Of a DNA stretch of 64,000 nt, positions 37,584 through 46,692 are shown in pieces. A program made the translations under genes and the position numbers. Location of the stretch: assembly GCA_019135895.1 (NCBI GenBank), contig JAGVVH010000009.1:7189-71188 (forward strand), given 5' to 3'. A model generated the notes under the pieces. That model was not told where the DNA came from. It ran no database searches and saw nothing but the letters and a program-made list of their open reading frames with translations. Position 1 is the first letter of the stretch, and each line of letters starts with the position of its first letter. Source of the DNA: Bacteroidota bacterium (GTDB lineage Bacteria; Bacteroidota; Bacteroidia; Bacteroidales; WCHB1-69).

Positions 37584-39293
37584 CTATTTTTTAATCACTT
37601 TACATTCTCTTATTTCATTGTTTTCATTAAGGATTTTAATCACATAAATTCCTGCAGGATAAGAGCGAAAATCAATCTCATTGTCATTTGAATTGATTCT
37701 CTTCGAAAATAATAGTTTGCCGGATATATTATAAATTGTTGCCAATAAATTCATACCTGCAAGTTCCGAACTCAACTTAACAAAATCGTCCGTCGGATTC
37801 GGGAAAACCACGAAATCTTCCTTTTGATATTCCTCAACAGAAACGACTCTGGTAAGTTCAACATTATAAATAGAAGAATTTCTGTCGGTTACATTTACGG
37901 CAATAGTTTTGGGGATATAGCCCTCTGCAGAAAACGTAACTGAATAGCTTCCGGCTTTAATAGGTCTGTGATAATTTCCAATAGGGAGTTTTGAATAAAC
38001 CTCTGTATTATTTTGGTCTTCATCATGGTTGTTAACCAAAACTTTTGCTTCAAGAGGTTCACCAGAAATTGAATCTGTTACAAGCCCCCTAAATCCATAC
38101 AAAGATTCTTCTATATAGTTGAGGAAAGAATTTTTAACATATCCCCAATATGACACCAAATAACTATTTGGAAGTACTTTATCAGCTGACATTTCGAGCG
38201 TTACTTCTCTGCAATGTTGATAATAGTTCATATAATCCTGCCTTGAACCATACACAGTATACCAGTCTGCACCTTGAGTAACTCCGTTATTGAGGTCTGT
38301 AAAGTAATTTGAGTTAAAAGTATGGCAAGTATCGGCAAAACCACGACCGATATACCAGAACCAGTTATCATCGGGATGAGGACTTTCATATGAAGTACAG
38401 CAGTCCCATGGGTAGTTGTAGACTTCGGCACCGCCATGCATATTTGCCGACATTACAAAAGAATGAGCAGAAGCGAAGTCTATCATCGCTTGCACTTCAG
38501 GTTCATAGGATCTGCCGGATGACAGAGAAATTTCAGGATATGAGCGATTGAGATCATAATAATGTGCATTTGACCGAATGGAAATCGGAGAGTCCCCGAT
38601 TTGATTATCGCCGGAATAATAGGTTCCATCAGGATTTTCCAAAGGGCAAATCCATAAATCGACATTATTAATAATATTCTGAACTTTAGGATTATTCTGA
38701 TTTGCAAGTATATATTCAATAAGTCTGATCATCATATAATAGCCGGAAACTTCATCTCCATGCATGGTAGAAGTATAAAAGAAGGAAGGTTTATTTGAAT
38801 TCTCATGAAGGGTATTGCTAATATGGGCAACCAAAATTAAATGATTATCAGGAGTGGCATTCAAAATGGTATCAATATCACAAATGTCGGGATATAGGCG
38901 TTGAAAAGTATCCATTATGGCGAGATAGGCAGAATAGGTAGGATAACGGTTCCAGTTTGCGACAAATTGAGCATAACTGTCAGCCATTAAGACATTCCAT
39001 TTGGAATTTTCGGGTTTGTAAATTGAGAATGGGATTCTAAAGCTTTCAAAGGATTCATAATCCCTTTTCCCAAGCCAAAGTCTTACCTTGTAGTGGTTGT
39101 TTTGCGGAATATAAGTAACCTTATCTACTGAAAAGTCAGCAGCTATTTGATTAATTTCTTCTTTAGAATCAAGAATTATCTCCACATATTGTTCCGGTAA
39201 ATCATAATTTAATGATGGATTTGACCTGTTTTGTCCATAGAGTGATGATATTAGCAACATTAAAACCAAAGCTGCGGCGAAAATTCTTTTCAT
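37584..39293 (-). CDS. M14-family zinc carboxypeptidase with T9SS type A C-terminal sorting domain
   Basis: Signal peptide. Zinc ligands in MHGDE and NMHGG, a CarboxypepD_reg-like stretch (GLVTDSISGEPLEAKV), and a C-terminal VFPNPTDDFVKL...GIYVIKI tail. Confidence 0.8.
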   Translation of the reverse strand: MKRIFAAALVLMLLISSLYGQNRSNPSLNYDLPEQYVEIILDSKEEINQIAADFSVDKVTYIPQNNHYKVRLWLGKRDYESFESFRIPFSIYKPENSKWNVLMADSYAQFVANWNRYPTYSAYLAIMDTFQRLYPDICDIDTILNATPDNHLILVAHISNTLHENSNKPSFFYTSTMHGDEVSGYYMMIRLIEYILANQNNPKVQNIINNVDLWICPLENPDGTYYSGDNQIGDSPISIRSNAHYYDLNRSYPEISLSSGRSYEPEVQAMIDFASAHSFVMSANMHGGAEVYNYPWDCCTSYESPHPDDNWFWYIGRGFADTCHTFNSNYFTDLNNGVTQGADWYTVYGSRQDYMNYYQHCREVTLEMSADKVLPNSYLVSYWGYVKNSFLNYIEESLYGFRGLVTDSISGEPLEAKVLVNNHDEDQNNTEVYSKLPIGNYHRPIKAGSYSVTFSAEGYIPKTIAVNVTDRNSSIYNVELTRVVSVEEYQKEDFVVFPNPTDDFVKLSSELAGMNLLATIYNISGKLLFSKRINSNDNEIDFRSYPAGIYVIKILNENNEIRECKVIKK

Positions 39294-40171
39294 GATATTT
39301 CTGAAACTAAATTCTTAATTTGCATTTGTAAGTTCTGGGAAACTCTAGTCATTGGGAGTCTAAGATAATATTCTATTTTTCCTTGTATTGCCATAACAGC
39401 TTTGATTCCGGCAGGACTACCCTCTTTGAAACAAGCCTGAATAATATCAAGTAAATCCAGATGGTGAATGTGGGCTTCAGCAAATTGATTTTCAAAAGCA
39501 AGATGCACCATATCAGCCATTTTTTGTGGATAAGCATTGGCAACGACAGAAATAACACCGTCAATACCGGCAGCCATCAAGGGCAAAGTAATAGCATCGT
39601 CACCCGAAATCACCAAAAAATTTTCGGGTTTATGTTTAATAAGAGACATTATTTGGTTCATATTTCCGGAAGCTTCCTTAACCCCGATAATCTTATCAAA
39701 ATCATTTGCAATCCTGAGTGTAGTATCTGATTCGAGATTACAGCAAGTTCTTGAAAAAATATTGTACATAATAATAGGAAGCGGTGAAAAATAGGCAAGT
39801 TCCTTGTAATGCTCATAAAGACCTTCCTGAGATGGGCGATTATAATAAGGTGTAACTGAAAGGATGGCATCAACACCCGAAAAATCATAATGAGTCATTT
39901 TATTGACAACATCACGAGTAGAAGGCCCCCCCAGCCCCATAACAACAGGTACTCTTCCATCAGTAGCTTGAACAATAACCTTAATTACCTCTTTTTTTTC
40001 ATCATCAGATAAAGTTGGCGACTCACTTGTTGTTCCAAGTGCGACAATATAATCAACTTCATTGTTAATAAGATTATCGATAATAATCTCAAGGTTATTA
40101 AAATCGATTTCTCCATTTTGGAGAAACGGGGTAATAACGGCTACCCCAAGACCTTTAAAGCGATTTATCAT
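39290..40171 (-). CDS. dapA: 4-hydroxy-tetrahydrodipicolinate synthase
   Basis: GVAVITPF, GTTSES.TL, and the active-site Lys context IGVKEASG. Confidence 0.9.
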   Translation of the reverse strand: MINRFKGLGVAVITPFLQNGEIDFNNLEIIIDNLINNEVDYIVALGTTSESPTLSDDEKKEVIKVIVQATDGRVPVVMGLGGPSTRDVVNKMTHYDFSGVDAILSVTPYYNRPSQEGLYEHYKELAYFSPLPIIMYNIFSRTCCNLESDTTLRIANDFDKIIGVKEASGNMNQIMSLIKHKPENFLVISGDDAITLPLMAAGIDGVISVVANAYPQKMADMVHLAFENQFAEAHIHHLDLLDIIQACFKEGSPAGIKAVMAIQGKIEYYLRLPMTRVSQNLQMQIKNLVSEIS

Positions 40172-40710
40172 ATGGTGTCTCCCATTAATTTTAGCGTATA
40201 CTTGTGAATATTTTCAAGCAAATTATAATTATCTGAATTCGGATTATCAATAAAAATATCATAATCATTACGATTATATTGATTACCCCCAATAACCAAT
40301 CCGGCATTGTTAAGATTAAGTATATACTCAACAGGCTTGTGAGGTTTTTTGGTAAAATCAATCAAAATATCGAAATCCTTTTTCAGAAAATCGTCAATTT
40401 GAACTTTATTAGGTTTTCCGAACCAGTTTAATTCTTTATTACAAAAAAAATCGGCTGTCAATTGTTGTAAACAATAATAGGGAACAAAATTATCATCAAT
40501 ATATCCCATAAGCCAAAGAGAACGGTTAGAATTCTGAAATTTAGAAAAAAGAGAAAACATATCTTTATACGAATCTTCATCCGTAATATTACATATAAAA
40601 CCAATTGATTTGGCTCTCTGCAAAGTAATCAATTTAGGATTTTTAACGACTTTATTTTCCCGGATATATTTCTTAAAAAAGTAATTTTTTATTAAATTAA
40701 GAATTTCCAT
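40168..40710 (-). CDS. hypothetical protein, translationally coupled to dapA
   Basis: 180-aa ORF with no recognisable motif. Its stop overlaps the dapA start by 4 nt. Confidence 0.45.
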   Translation of the reverse strand: MEILNLIKNYFFKKYIRENKVVKNPKLITLQRAKSIGFICNITDEDSYKDMFSLFSKFQNSNRSLWLMGYIDDNFVPYYCLQQLTADFFCNKELNWFGKPNKVQIDDFLKKDFDILIDFTKKPHKPVEYILNLNNAGLVIGGNQYNRNDYDIFIDNPNSDNYNLLENIHKYTLKLMGDTI

Positions 40711-40866
40711 TTGTTATATTTAATGAGGTCACAAAAATACAAAAAATAGTTTCAAAATAATGGCATTAGAGAAAAAGGGGGGATATTTATTTATCATACA
40801 AATTTAGATTATAAGAATCAATTTATCAGAATATTAAACATCTTCAGAGATAGAATATATTATTTG

Positions 40867-41325
40867 TCATTCCCTGCAAAACTTCTCAATGATCTCTTTA
40901 TGTTCCGGGTATTGAAGCAACAGTTCTTCTTTCTTGGCCATCTCAAAACAATCGAAAGTAAATGCCGGAGCAACTGCACATCCAACCAGCGAATAACCTT
41001 TTTGAGATTCAATTGCAGCCGCAAACCATTGTCCGGGTTCTATGCATAGTTGGAAGACACCTCCGGGAAGAGAGCTCAGGGAATGAATTTTAAGATTGCC
41101 ATTCTTTTCAATGACGTATATGTTTAAGGGCACACCGGAATGAAAATACCAAATTTCATGTGACTGCAAGCGGTGAAATCCTGAAAAGTCATCATTTTGT
41201 AAAAGAAAATAGATTGTAGTGATAGAATCTGTCCTGAATATTTCGCGAAAAAAACCACCCTCGGGATGAGGAATAAGTTGAAGGTTTTCAATAACTTTCG
41301 AGGCATCCATAGTATTAATTATCAA
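40867..41325 (-). CDS. cupin-fold protein (DUF985-like)
   Basis: 152 aa. L.PHPEGGFFRE near the N-terminus and FHRL..HEIW..H.G are typical of DUF985 cupins. Confidence 0.65.
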   Translation of the reverse strand: MIINTMDASKVIENLQLIPHPEGGFFREIFRTDSITTIYFLLQNDDFSGFHRLQSHEIWYFHSGVPLNIYVIEKNGNLKIHSLSSLPGGVFQLCIEPGQWFAAAIESQKGYSLVGCAVAPAFTFDCFEMAKKEELLLQYPEHKEIIEKFCRE

Positions 41326-41753
41326 TTTAATTGATTCATGATTTTCAGCAAAAATAACTATTTTTCAAAAACAGGACAGTTATTTAATGGTTTTTCCTTT
41401 TATAAACCTGCTTTTTGAATTGGAGAACTTGAAGAGTAAAATATTAAGGATATGAATCAGAAAGGCATTAAAAGTGAAAAGAACGTCATCTTATTGCCTC
41501 ATTTTCAATAAATTGCCATGCATTAGGGATTGCAACGTAAACCCAACGCCTGCGGAGTTGTAGCGAAAAGCCCGACGGCGAAGCGTAGCGAGCCGGAACG
41601 CCAAAAAAAAAGAAAAATAAATAGCGTATTATATAATCAAATTCAGACTTAATAAAAGATTACATCTACTGACAGAACTTGATTTAAAGCTCAAAAAAGA
41701 AATAGTAATATCAGAATTGATAGAAATAAATTTTGTATGTAAAAATAATTAGT

Positions 41754-41761
41754 TATATTTG
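41754..41761 (+). promoter_or_regulatory. -7 element for rocD
   Basis: TATATTTG, 44 nt upstream of the ATG at 41806. Confidence 0.5.
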
Positions 41762-41805
41762 CCACTTTGATCCTAGAAAAACAAACAACTAAATATTAAT
41801 AAGTT

Positions 41806-43032
41806 ATGATTGAAAAAATTACATGTAGTAAACAGGCATTTGAGATGGAAGATAAATATGGTGCCCATAATTATCATCCACTTGGAGTTGTGATTTCCAA
41901 AGCTAAAGGACCATTTATGTGGGATGTAGAAGGAAAAAAATATTTTGATTTTCTTTCTGCTTATTCTGCAGTCAACCAAGGTCACTGTCATCCTGAGATT
42001 GTAAATGCGATGATTGAGCAAGCACAAACGCTGACACTAACATCCAGAGCATTTTATAATGATGTATTAGGTGTTTATGAAAAATATATCACCGAATATT
42101 TTGGCTATGAAAAAGTTTTACCAATGAATTCAGGAGCAGAAGCCGATGAGACTGCCTTAAAACTTTGTCGTAAGTGGGCTTATCTTAAGAAAGGCTTGCC
42201 GGAAAATCAGGCTAAAATTATTGTTTGTGACGGTAATTTTCATGGCAGAACCATAACCATTATTTCAATGTCAAGTGACCCTGACGCATTCAGCGGTTTT
42301 GGTCCTTTCACTCCGGGTTTTGTAAAAATTCCGTACAATGACATTCCTGCTTTACAGAAAGCATTGGAAGATCCAAATGTTGCAGGATTTCTTGTTGAAC
42401 CCATACAAGGAGAAGCCGGTGTTTATGTTCCGGATGACGGATTCTTAAAAAAAGCTTATGATCTATGCAAAGCTAAAAACGTTTTATTTATTGCCGATGA
42501 AGTACAAACCGGAATTGCCCGTACCGGAAAAATGCTGGCTTGTGACCATGAAGATGTCAGACCTGATATACTTATTCTTGGGAAAGCTCTTTCAGGAGGC
42601 ACAATGCCGGTATCTGCAGTTTTAGCAGATGATGAAATCATGCTTTGTATCAAACCGGGAGAACATGGATCCACTTTTGGTGGAAATCCTGTAGGATGTA
42701 AAGTCGCCATTGCAGCTCTTGAAGTTGTAAAGAAAGAAAATCTTATGGAAAAAGCTGCTCATCTTGGAGAAATATTCCGTTCTGAGATGCGAAAAGTCAA
42801 CAGTCCAATGATTGAATCAGTTCGTGGAAAAGGTCTTTTAAATGCTGTCATTATTCGTCCTCACAATGGAAAAGAAGCATGGGATGTTTGTGAAAAGATG
42901 AAAGAAATGGGAGTACTTGCAAAACCAACTCATCAACATATCATTCGTTTTGCACCTCCTTTGGTTATTTCCGAAACTGAATTACGTGAAGCTATTAGCA
43001 TTATTATCAGTACAATAAAGTCTTTTGAATAG
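41806..43032 (+). CDS. rocD: ornithine--oxo-acid aminotransferase
   Basis: 408 aa. A class III aminotransferase with [32 protein letters not shown] and the PLP-Lys context LGKALSGG. Confidence 0.85.
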   Translation: MIEKITCSKQAFEMEDKYGAHNYHPLGVVISKAKGPFMWDVEGKKYFDFLSAYSAVNQGHCHPEIVNAMIEQAQTLTLTSRAFYNDVLGVYEKYITEYFGYEKVLPMNSGAEADETALKLCRKWAYLKKGLPENQAKIIVCDGNFHGRTITIISMSSDPDAFSGFGPFTPGFVKIPYNDIPALQKALEDPNVAGFLVEPIQGEAGVYVPDDGFLKKAYDLCKAKNVLFIADEVQTGIARTGKMLACDHEDVRPDILILGKALSGGTMPVSAVLADDEIMLCIKPGEHGSTFGGNPVGCKVAIAALEVVKKENLMEKAAHLGEIFRSEMRKVNSPMIESVRGKGLLNAVIIRPHNGKEAWDVCEKMKEMGVLAKPTHQHIIRFAPPLVISETELREAISIIISTIKSFE

Positions 43033-43047
43033 AAGGATATTATATCC

Positions 43048-43758
43048 ATGAATAATAATTCAAAACTCTATTTAATTCCTTCTAACATTGGGGAAACAGA
43101 TTTAGGAAATCTGTTTCCCCAATTTAACTTTGAAATAATCAATTCCATTGATTATTATATAGTTGAAGAAGAACGGACTGCGCGGCGATTTCTCAGAAAA
43201 ATGGGAATCAAGAAAAGGATAGACGAACTAACCTTTTTTGAGCTGAATGAACATTCCAAAAATATCAACCTTAATCCCTATCTTCAACCCTGTCTTGACG
43301 GAAATAATGTAGGGTTGCTTTCAGAAGCAGGGACTCCATGCGTTGCTGACCCCGGCAATCTTATTGTAACAAAAGCTCATCAGTTTGGGATTGAAGTGGT
43401 TCCTCTTATTGGACCAAACTCTATTCTTCTCGCCTTGATGGCATCAGGTTTTAATGGTCAAAACTTCGCTTTCAACGGGTACCTTCCTGTTGAACGACCT
43501 CAAAGGGAATCTCAGATAAATTTTTTTGAGAATCTCATGATTAAAACAGCACAAACCCAGATATTCATTGAAACTCCTTACAGAAACAATCACCTGCTTG
43601 ATTCTTTTCTAAAGGTGTGTAATCCTGAAACTCGACTTTGTATTGCCTGTAACCTTACAACCGATAATCAAAAAGTCATAAGTCAATCTATTTCAAAATG
43701 GAAAAAAGGCACCTATGATTTTCATAAAATGCCTGCTATCTTTTTAATAGGCAGGTAA
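43048..43758 (+). CDS. SAM-dependent methyltransferase, tetrapyrrole-methylase (RsmI-like) fold
   Basis: 236 aa. LYLIP..IG, SEAGTPCVADPG and the overall TP_methylase pattern. Confidence 0.65.
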   Translation: MNNNSKLYLIPSNIGETDLGNLFPQFNFEIINSIDYYIVEEERTARRFLRKMGIKKRIDELTFFELNEHSKNINLNPYLQPCLDGNNVGLLSEAGTPCVADPGNLIVTKAHQFGIEVVPLIGPNSILLALMASGFNGQNFAFNGYLPVERPQRESQINFFENLMIKTAQTQIFIETPYRNNHLLDSFLKVCNPETRLCIACNLTTDNQKVISQSISKWKKGTYDFHKMPAIFLIGR

Positions 43759-43792
43759 TTATTACCATTACATTTTTCTAAATCATTGTTTT

Positions 43793-44728
43793 ATGAAATC
43801 TTTTTCAACAGAAATCGCTCCATTTTTTCATAAAAAAAATTATTTCGTACAATTTCTTTTTCTTTTGCTATTAATTATTGGTGGCACTATCATTCTAACT
43901 GCTTTTGGGCAACTAATGGCGACACTCCTTTCCGGTGAAGAAGTTTCAGATATTTATTCCTCAGTTAACAATATCAGAATCATACAGACTTTTTCATCAA
44001 TAGGCACTTTTCTACTTCCTGCATTGCTATTTTCTTACTTTGCTCAAAAAAATATTTTTAGCTATAGTGAAGCAGACAAATCACCAACCTTTTCCCCTGT
44101 TTTAATTGTGTTAATTTTATCTATTTTCCTGCAACCAATAGTATATTCATTGGCATACTGGAATGAAATGATAGAATTGCCGACTTTCCTTCACAATGCT
44201 GAAGTTTGGATGAAACAGATGGAAGATAGCAGCAACTCCATTCTCACCTTACTGGCAGATAACAGCAAAATCTCTATTTTACTGTTGAACATTTTACTTC
44301 TTGCCTTAGTCCCTGCAGTCTGTGAAGAATTTTTATTCAGGGGAACGCTTCAGCCCTTTATTAACAAGCTGGTAAAAAACCACCATATTGCAATATGGAT
44401 TACTGCTTTTATTTTCAGTGCCATTCATTTACAATTCTATGGTTTTATTCCAAGAATGTTATTGGGGGCATATCTTGGATATTTATGGGTATGGAGTGGT
44501 TCTCTTTGGCTACCCATAATAGCACATTTCTTGCACAACTCATCTTCCTTGATTTTCAATTATATTGACTTCAAGAACAATTTGAATTTTGATAATTTAA
44601 CTCCTGCAGATATTCCGGGATATATTCCCATAATGATTACCTCAACTATTCTTATCTCTGTAGGGTTATTTATAATTTGGAAGAGACGAAATAAAAAAAA
44701 TGCTGTCTCACAAACAGAAACAGCATAA
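43793..44728 (+). CDS. CPBP-family intramembrane glutamic endopeptidase (CAAX protease-like)
   Basis: Multi-TM protein with EEFLFRG, FSAIH and HFLHN motifs. Confidence 0.75.
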   Translation: MKSFSTEIAPFFHKKNYFVQFLFLLLLIIGGTIILTAFGQLMATLLSGEEVSDIYSSVNNIRIIQTFSSIGTFLLPALLFSYFAQKNIFSYSEADKSPTFSPVLIVLILSIFLQPIVYSLAYWNEMIELPTFLHNAEVWMKQMEDSSNSILTLLADNSKISILLLNILLLALVPAVCEEFLFRGTLQPFINKLVKNHHIAIWITAFIFSAIHLQFYGFIPRMLLGAYLGYLWVWSGSLWLPIIAHFLHNSSSLIFNYIDFKNNLNFDNLTPADIPGYIPIMITSTILISVGLFIIWKRRNKKNAVSQTETA

Positions 44729-44757
44729 TTTGAAAAGTATTAAATCTCAGACATCAA

Positions 44758-46545
44758 TTACTTAATAAAGGCAATAATATCTCCTTTATTAACTTTCTCT
44801 CCTTGTTTGACAATGACTGATATTAATTTCCCGTCAAATAACGATAGAATTTCCTCATTCCCAAAATAGGCAGCCACAACACAAACCACATCTCCCACCT
44901 TATAGGCTTTTCCGATTGGAGGATTCATTGAAATTTCAGTCACAGCCACTTCCCATAAAACTGAACCACTAATAGTGGCAGTCACCGGTTTAGCATCGGG
45001 TTCCTTTTCAAGAATATTGGCAATCAGTTCTTGCCTAGAAGATTGAGGAGCTTTTGCTTCTGTAACAACGGTCTGAGTATTAAATTGATTTTTAGCCTTC
45101 TCCAGCTCTTTTTCAAAGTTCTTCTTAGCAGCTCCTGACATATAATCAAGATATTGTCTTTCATGCATAGCAAATTCAAACAACTCTTCATCATCCTGTC
45201 CGCGATCCCAACCTTTTTCTTCCATTAATTTCATGTATTTGGGAAGTTCATCAGGATAATTATCTTGTGGATTTCCGTCAAACATTTCGTATTTCTTTTC
45301 TTTCACAAGGTCCATAATTTCAGGAGCCAGCTTCCCGGGTAATTTTCCGGTTCTTCCTAAAATCATATCCCACATATTCTTATCCATCATGGAATAGCGA
45401 GGTTTTCCTTGAGAGAGTTGCAACAGATTCATAAGAGCAATATTTTTAACATACTGGCTATAAGGAGTAACCAAGGGTGGATTTCCAACTTTTGGCCAAA
45501 CATATTCTACTTCTTCGAAGAGATTTACCAGCAAATTATCTTCCGTCAATTCCGGTTTCCCGGATTCTTTCAGAAAATGATTTATACTATTGTGAACACC
45601 TTTTAAATCGGCCATTAAAGAGCCCATCATTCCTCCGGGCAAACCGCAACCAACCATGAGGGAAGTAGTAATTTTATTTTTAGGATCAATAAAATAGCCA
45701 AGAAAATCATCCATAAATGATTGGGTCAGACGACGGGCTTCCATATACGCATTCATATTGATTTCAGGAACATCAAAACCGGCATCTTTCAACATAGCTT
45801 GGATAGTAATCACATCAGGATGAACCATTCCCCATGAGAGAGGCTCCATAGCAACATCAATGATATCTGCTCCATTTTTACAAACTTCAAGCATAGATGC
45901 AACAGAAAAACCCGGTCCGGAGTGACCGTGATATTGAACTAAAATATGCGGATACTTATCCTTAATCGCCTTAGTAAGTTTGCCGAGCATAACAGGACGA
46001 CCAATACCGGCCATATCTTTAAGACCTATTTCATCAGTACCATATTCTACTAATTTATCCACAACTTGCATATAATAATCCACTGTATGAATATCGGAAT
46101 AGGTAATACTGAGAGCTCCTTGAGAAATCATTCCGGCTTCCTTGGCATATTTGACAGAAAGTTCAAGATTACGGTGATCGTTAAGTCCGCAAAAAGAGCG
46201 TGCTATGTCAACGCCCTGAGCTTTTTTAACCTTAAACATTAATTTTCTGACATCTGCAGGGACAGGGAACATCCTCAGCCCATTTAAAGCCCGTTCCAGC
46301 ATCATAGTTTTAATACCTGCTTCATTGAAAGGTTTAACCCATTCTCTGACAGCCTTATTAGGATTTTCTCCATATAAAAGGTTCACTTGTTCTGATGCTC
46401 CACCATTAGTCTCTACTCTGTCAAAACACCCCATTTCAATAATAACCGGTGCAATCTTAACCAATTGATCCACTCTGGGAACGTATTTCCCTGAGGATTG
46501 CCACATATCTCGGTAAAGGAGACAGAATTTAATTTGTTTTTTCAT
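44758..46545 (-). CDS. oxaloacetate decarboxylase alpha / pyruvate carboxylase subunit B-like carboxyltransferase with a degenerate C-terminal biotinyl-like domain
   Basis: HMGL-like TIM barrel (KDMAG, HGHSGPG), a PYC_OADA-like middle region, and a C-terminal lipoyl/biotinyl-fold sequence lacking AMKM. I prefer the ATG at 46545 over the TTG at 46557. Confidence 0.75.
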   Translation of the reverse strand: MKKQIKFCLLYRDMWQSSGKYVPRVDQLVKIAPVIIEMGCFDRVETNGGASEQVNLLYGENPNKAVREWVKPFNEAGIKTMMLERALNGLRMFPVPADVRKLMFKVKKAQGVDIARSFCGLNDHRNLELSVKYAKEAGMISQGALSITYSDIHTVDYYMQVVDKLVEYGTDEIGLKDMAGIGRPVMLGKLTKAIKDKYPHILVQYHGHSGPGFSVASMLEVCKNGADIIDVAMEPLSWGMVHPDVITIQAMLKDAGFDVPEINMNAYMEARRLTQSFMDDFLGYFIDPKNKITTSLMVGCGLPGGMMGSLMADLKGVHNSINHFLKESGKPELTEDNLLVNLFEEVEYVWPKVGNPPLVTPYSQYVKNIALMNLLQLSQGKPRYSMMDKNMWDMILGRTGKLPGKLAPEIMDLVKEKKYEMFDGNPQDNYPDELPKYMKLMEEKGWDRGQDDEELFEFAMHERQYLDYMSGAAKKNFEKELEKAKNQFNTQTVVTEAKAPQSSRQELIANILEKEPDAKPVTATISGSVLWEVAVTEISMNPPIGKAYKVGDVVCVVAAYFGNEEILSLFDGKLISVIVKQGEKVNKGDIIAFIK

Positions 46546-46613
46546 AGTAATATTCAAATTTTCTAAGTTTACATAACAAAAAACGAGTATTTAATATTAC
46601 TCGTTTGAGTCTG

Positions 46614-46621
46614 CAAAAATA
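46614..46621 (-). promoter_or_regulatory. -7 element for the OadA/PycB-like gene
   Basis: The plus strand reads CAAAAATA, which is TATTTTTG on the minus strand, about 68 nt upstream of the ATG at 46545. Confidence 0.45.
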
Positions 46622-46654
46622 GCAAAAATCTTTCATTTTAAAAAATAAAAATAG

Positions 46655-46662
46655 TATCTTTG
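46655..46662 (+). promoter_or_regulatory. -7 element for parC
   Basis: TATCTTTG, 30 nt upstream of the ATG at 46693. Confidence 0.55.
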
Positions 46663-46692
46663 CACCAGATTTTTCGATTTTATTTTATTTAT

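Noticed and set aside
39525-39533. A perfect DnaA-box sequence, TGTGGATAA
   Set aside because: It is a single occurrence inside the dapA coding region. There is no cluster of boxes, no adjacent AT-rich unwinding element and no dnaA/dnaN nearby, so it is not evidence for an origin.
41530-41655. A 41-codon TTG-initiated basic ORF running through the GC island
   Set aside because: It has no ATG and no promoter motif in front of it, and its composition simply reflects the GC island followed by an A-run. I treat the island as non-coding until tested.
41326-41805. A tRNA, tmRNA, SRP RNA or RNase P RNA in the large intergenic gap
   Set aside because: By eye there is no T-loop (GGTTCGAATCC-like) sequence, no CCA-end context, no SRP GGAAGCAGC-type motif and no RNase P GAGGAAAGTCC motif.
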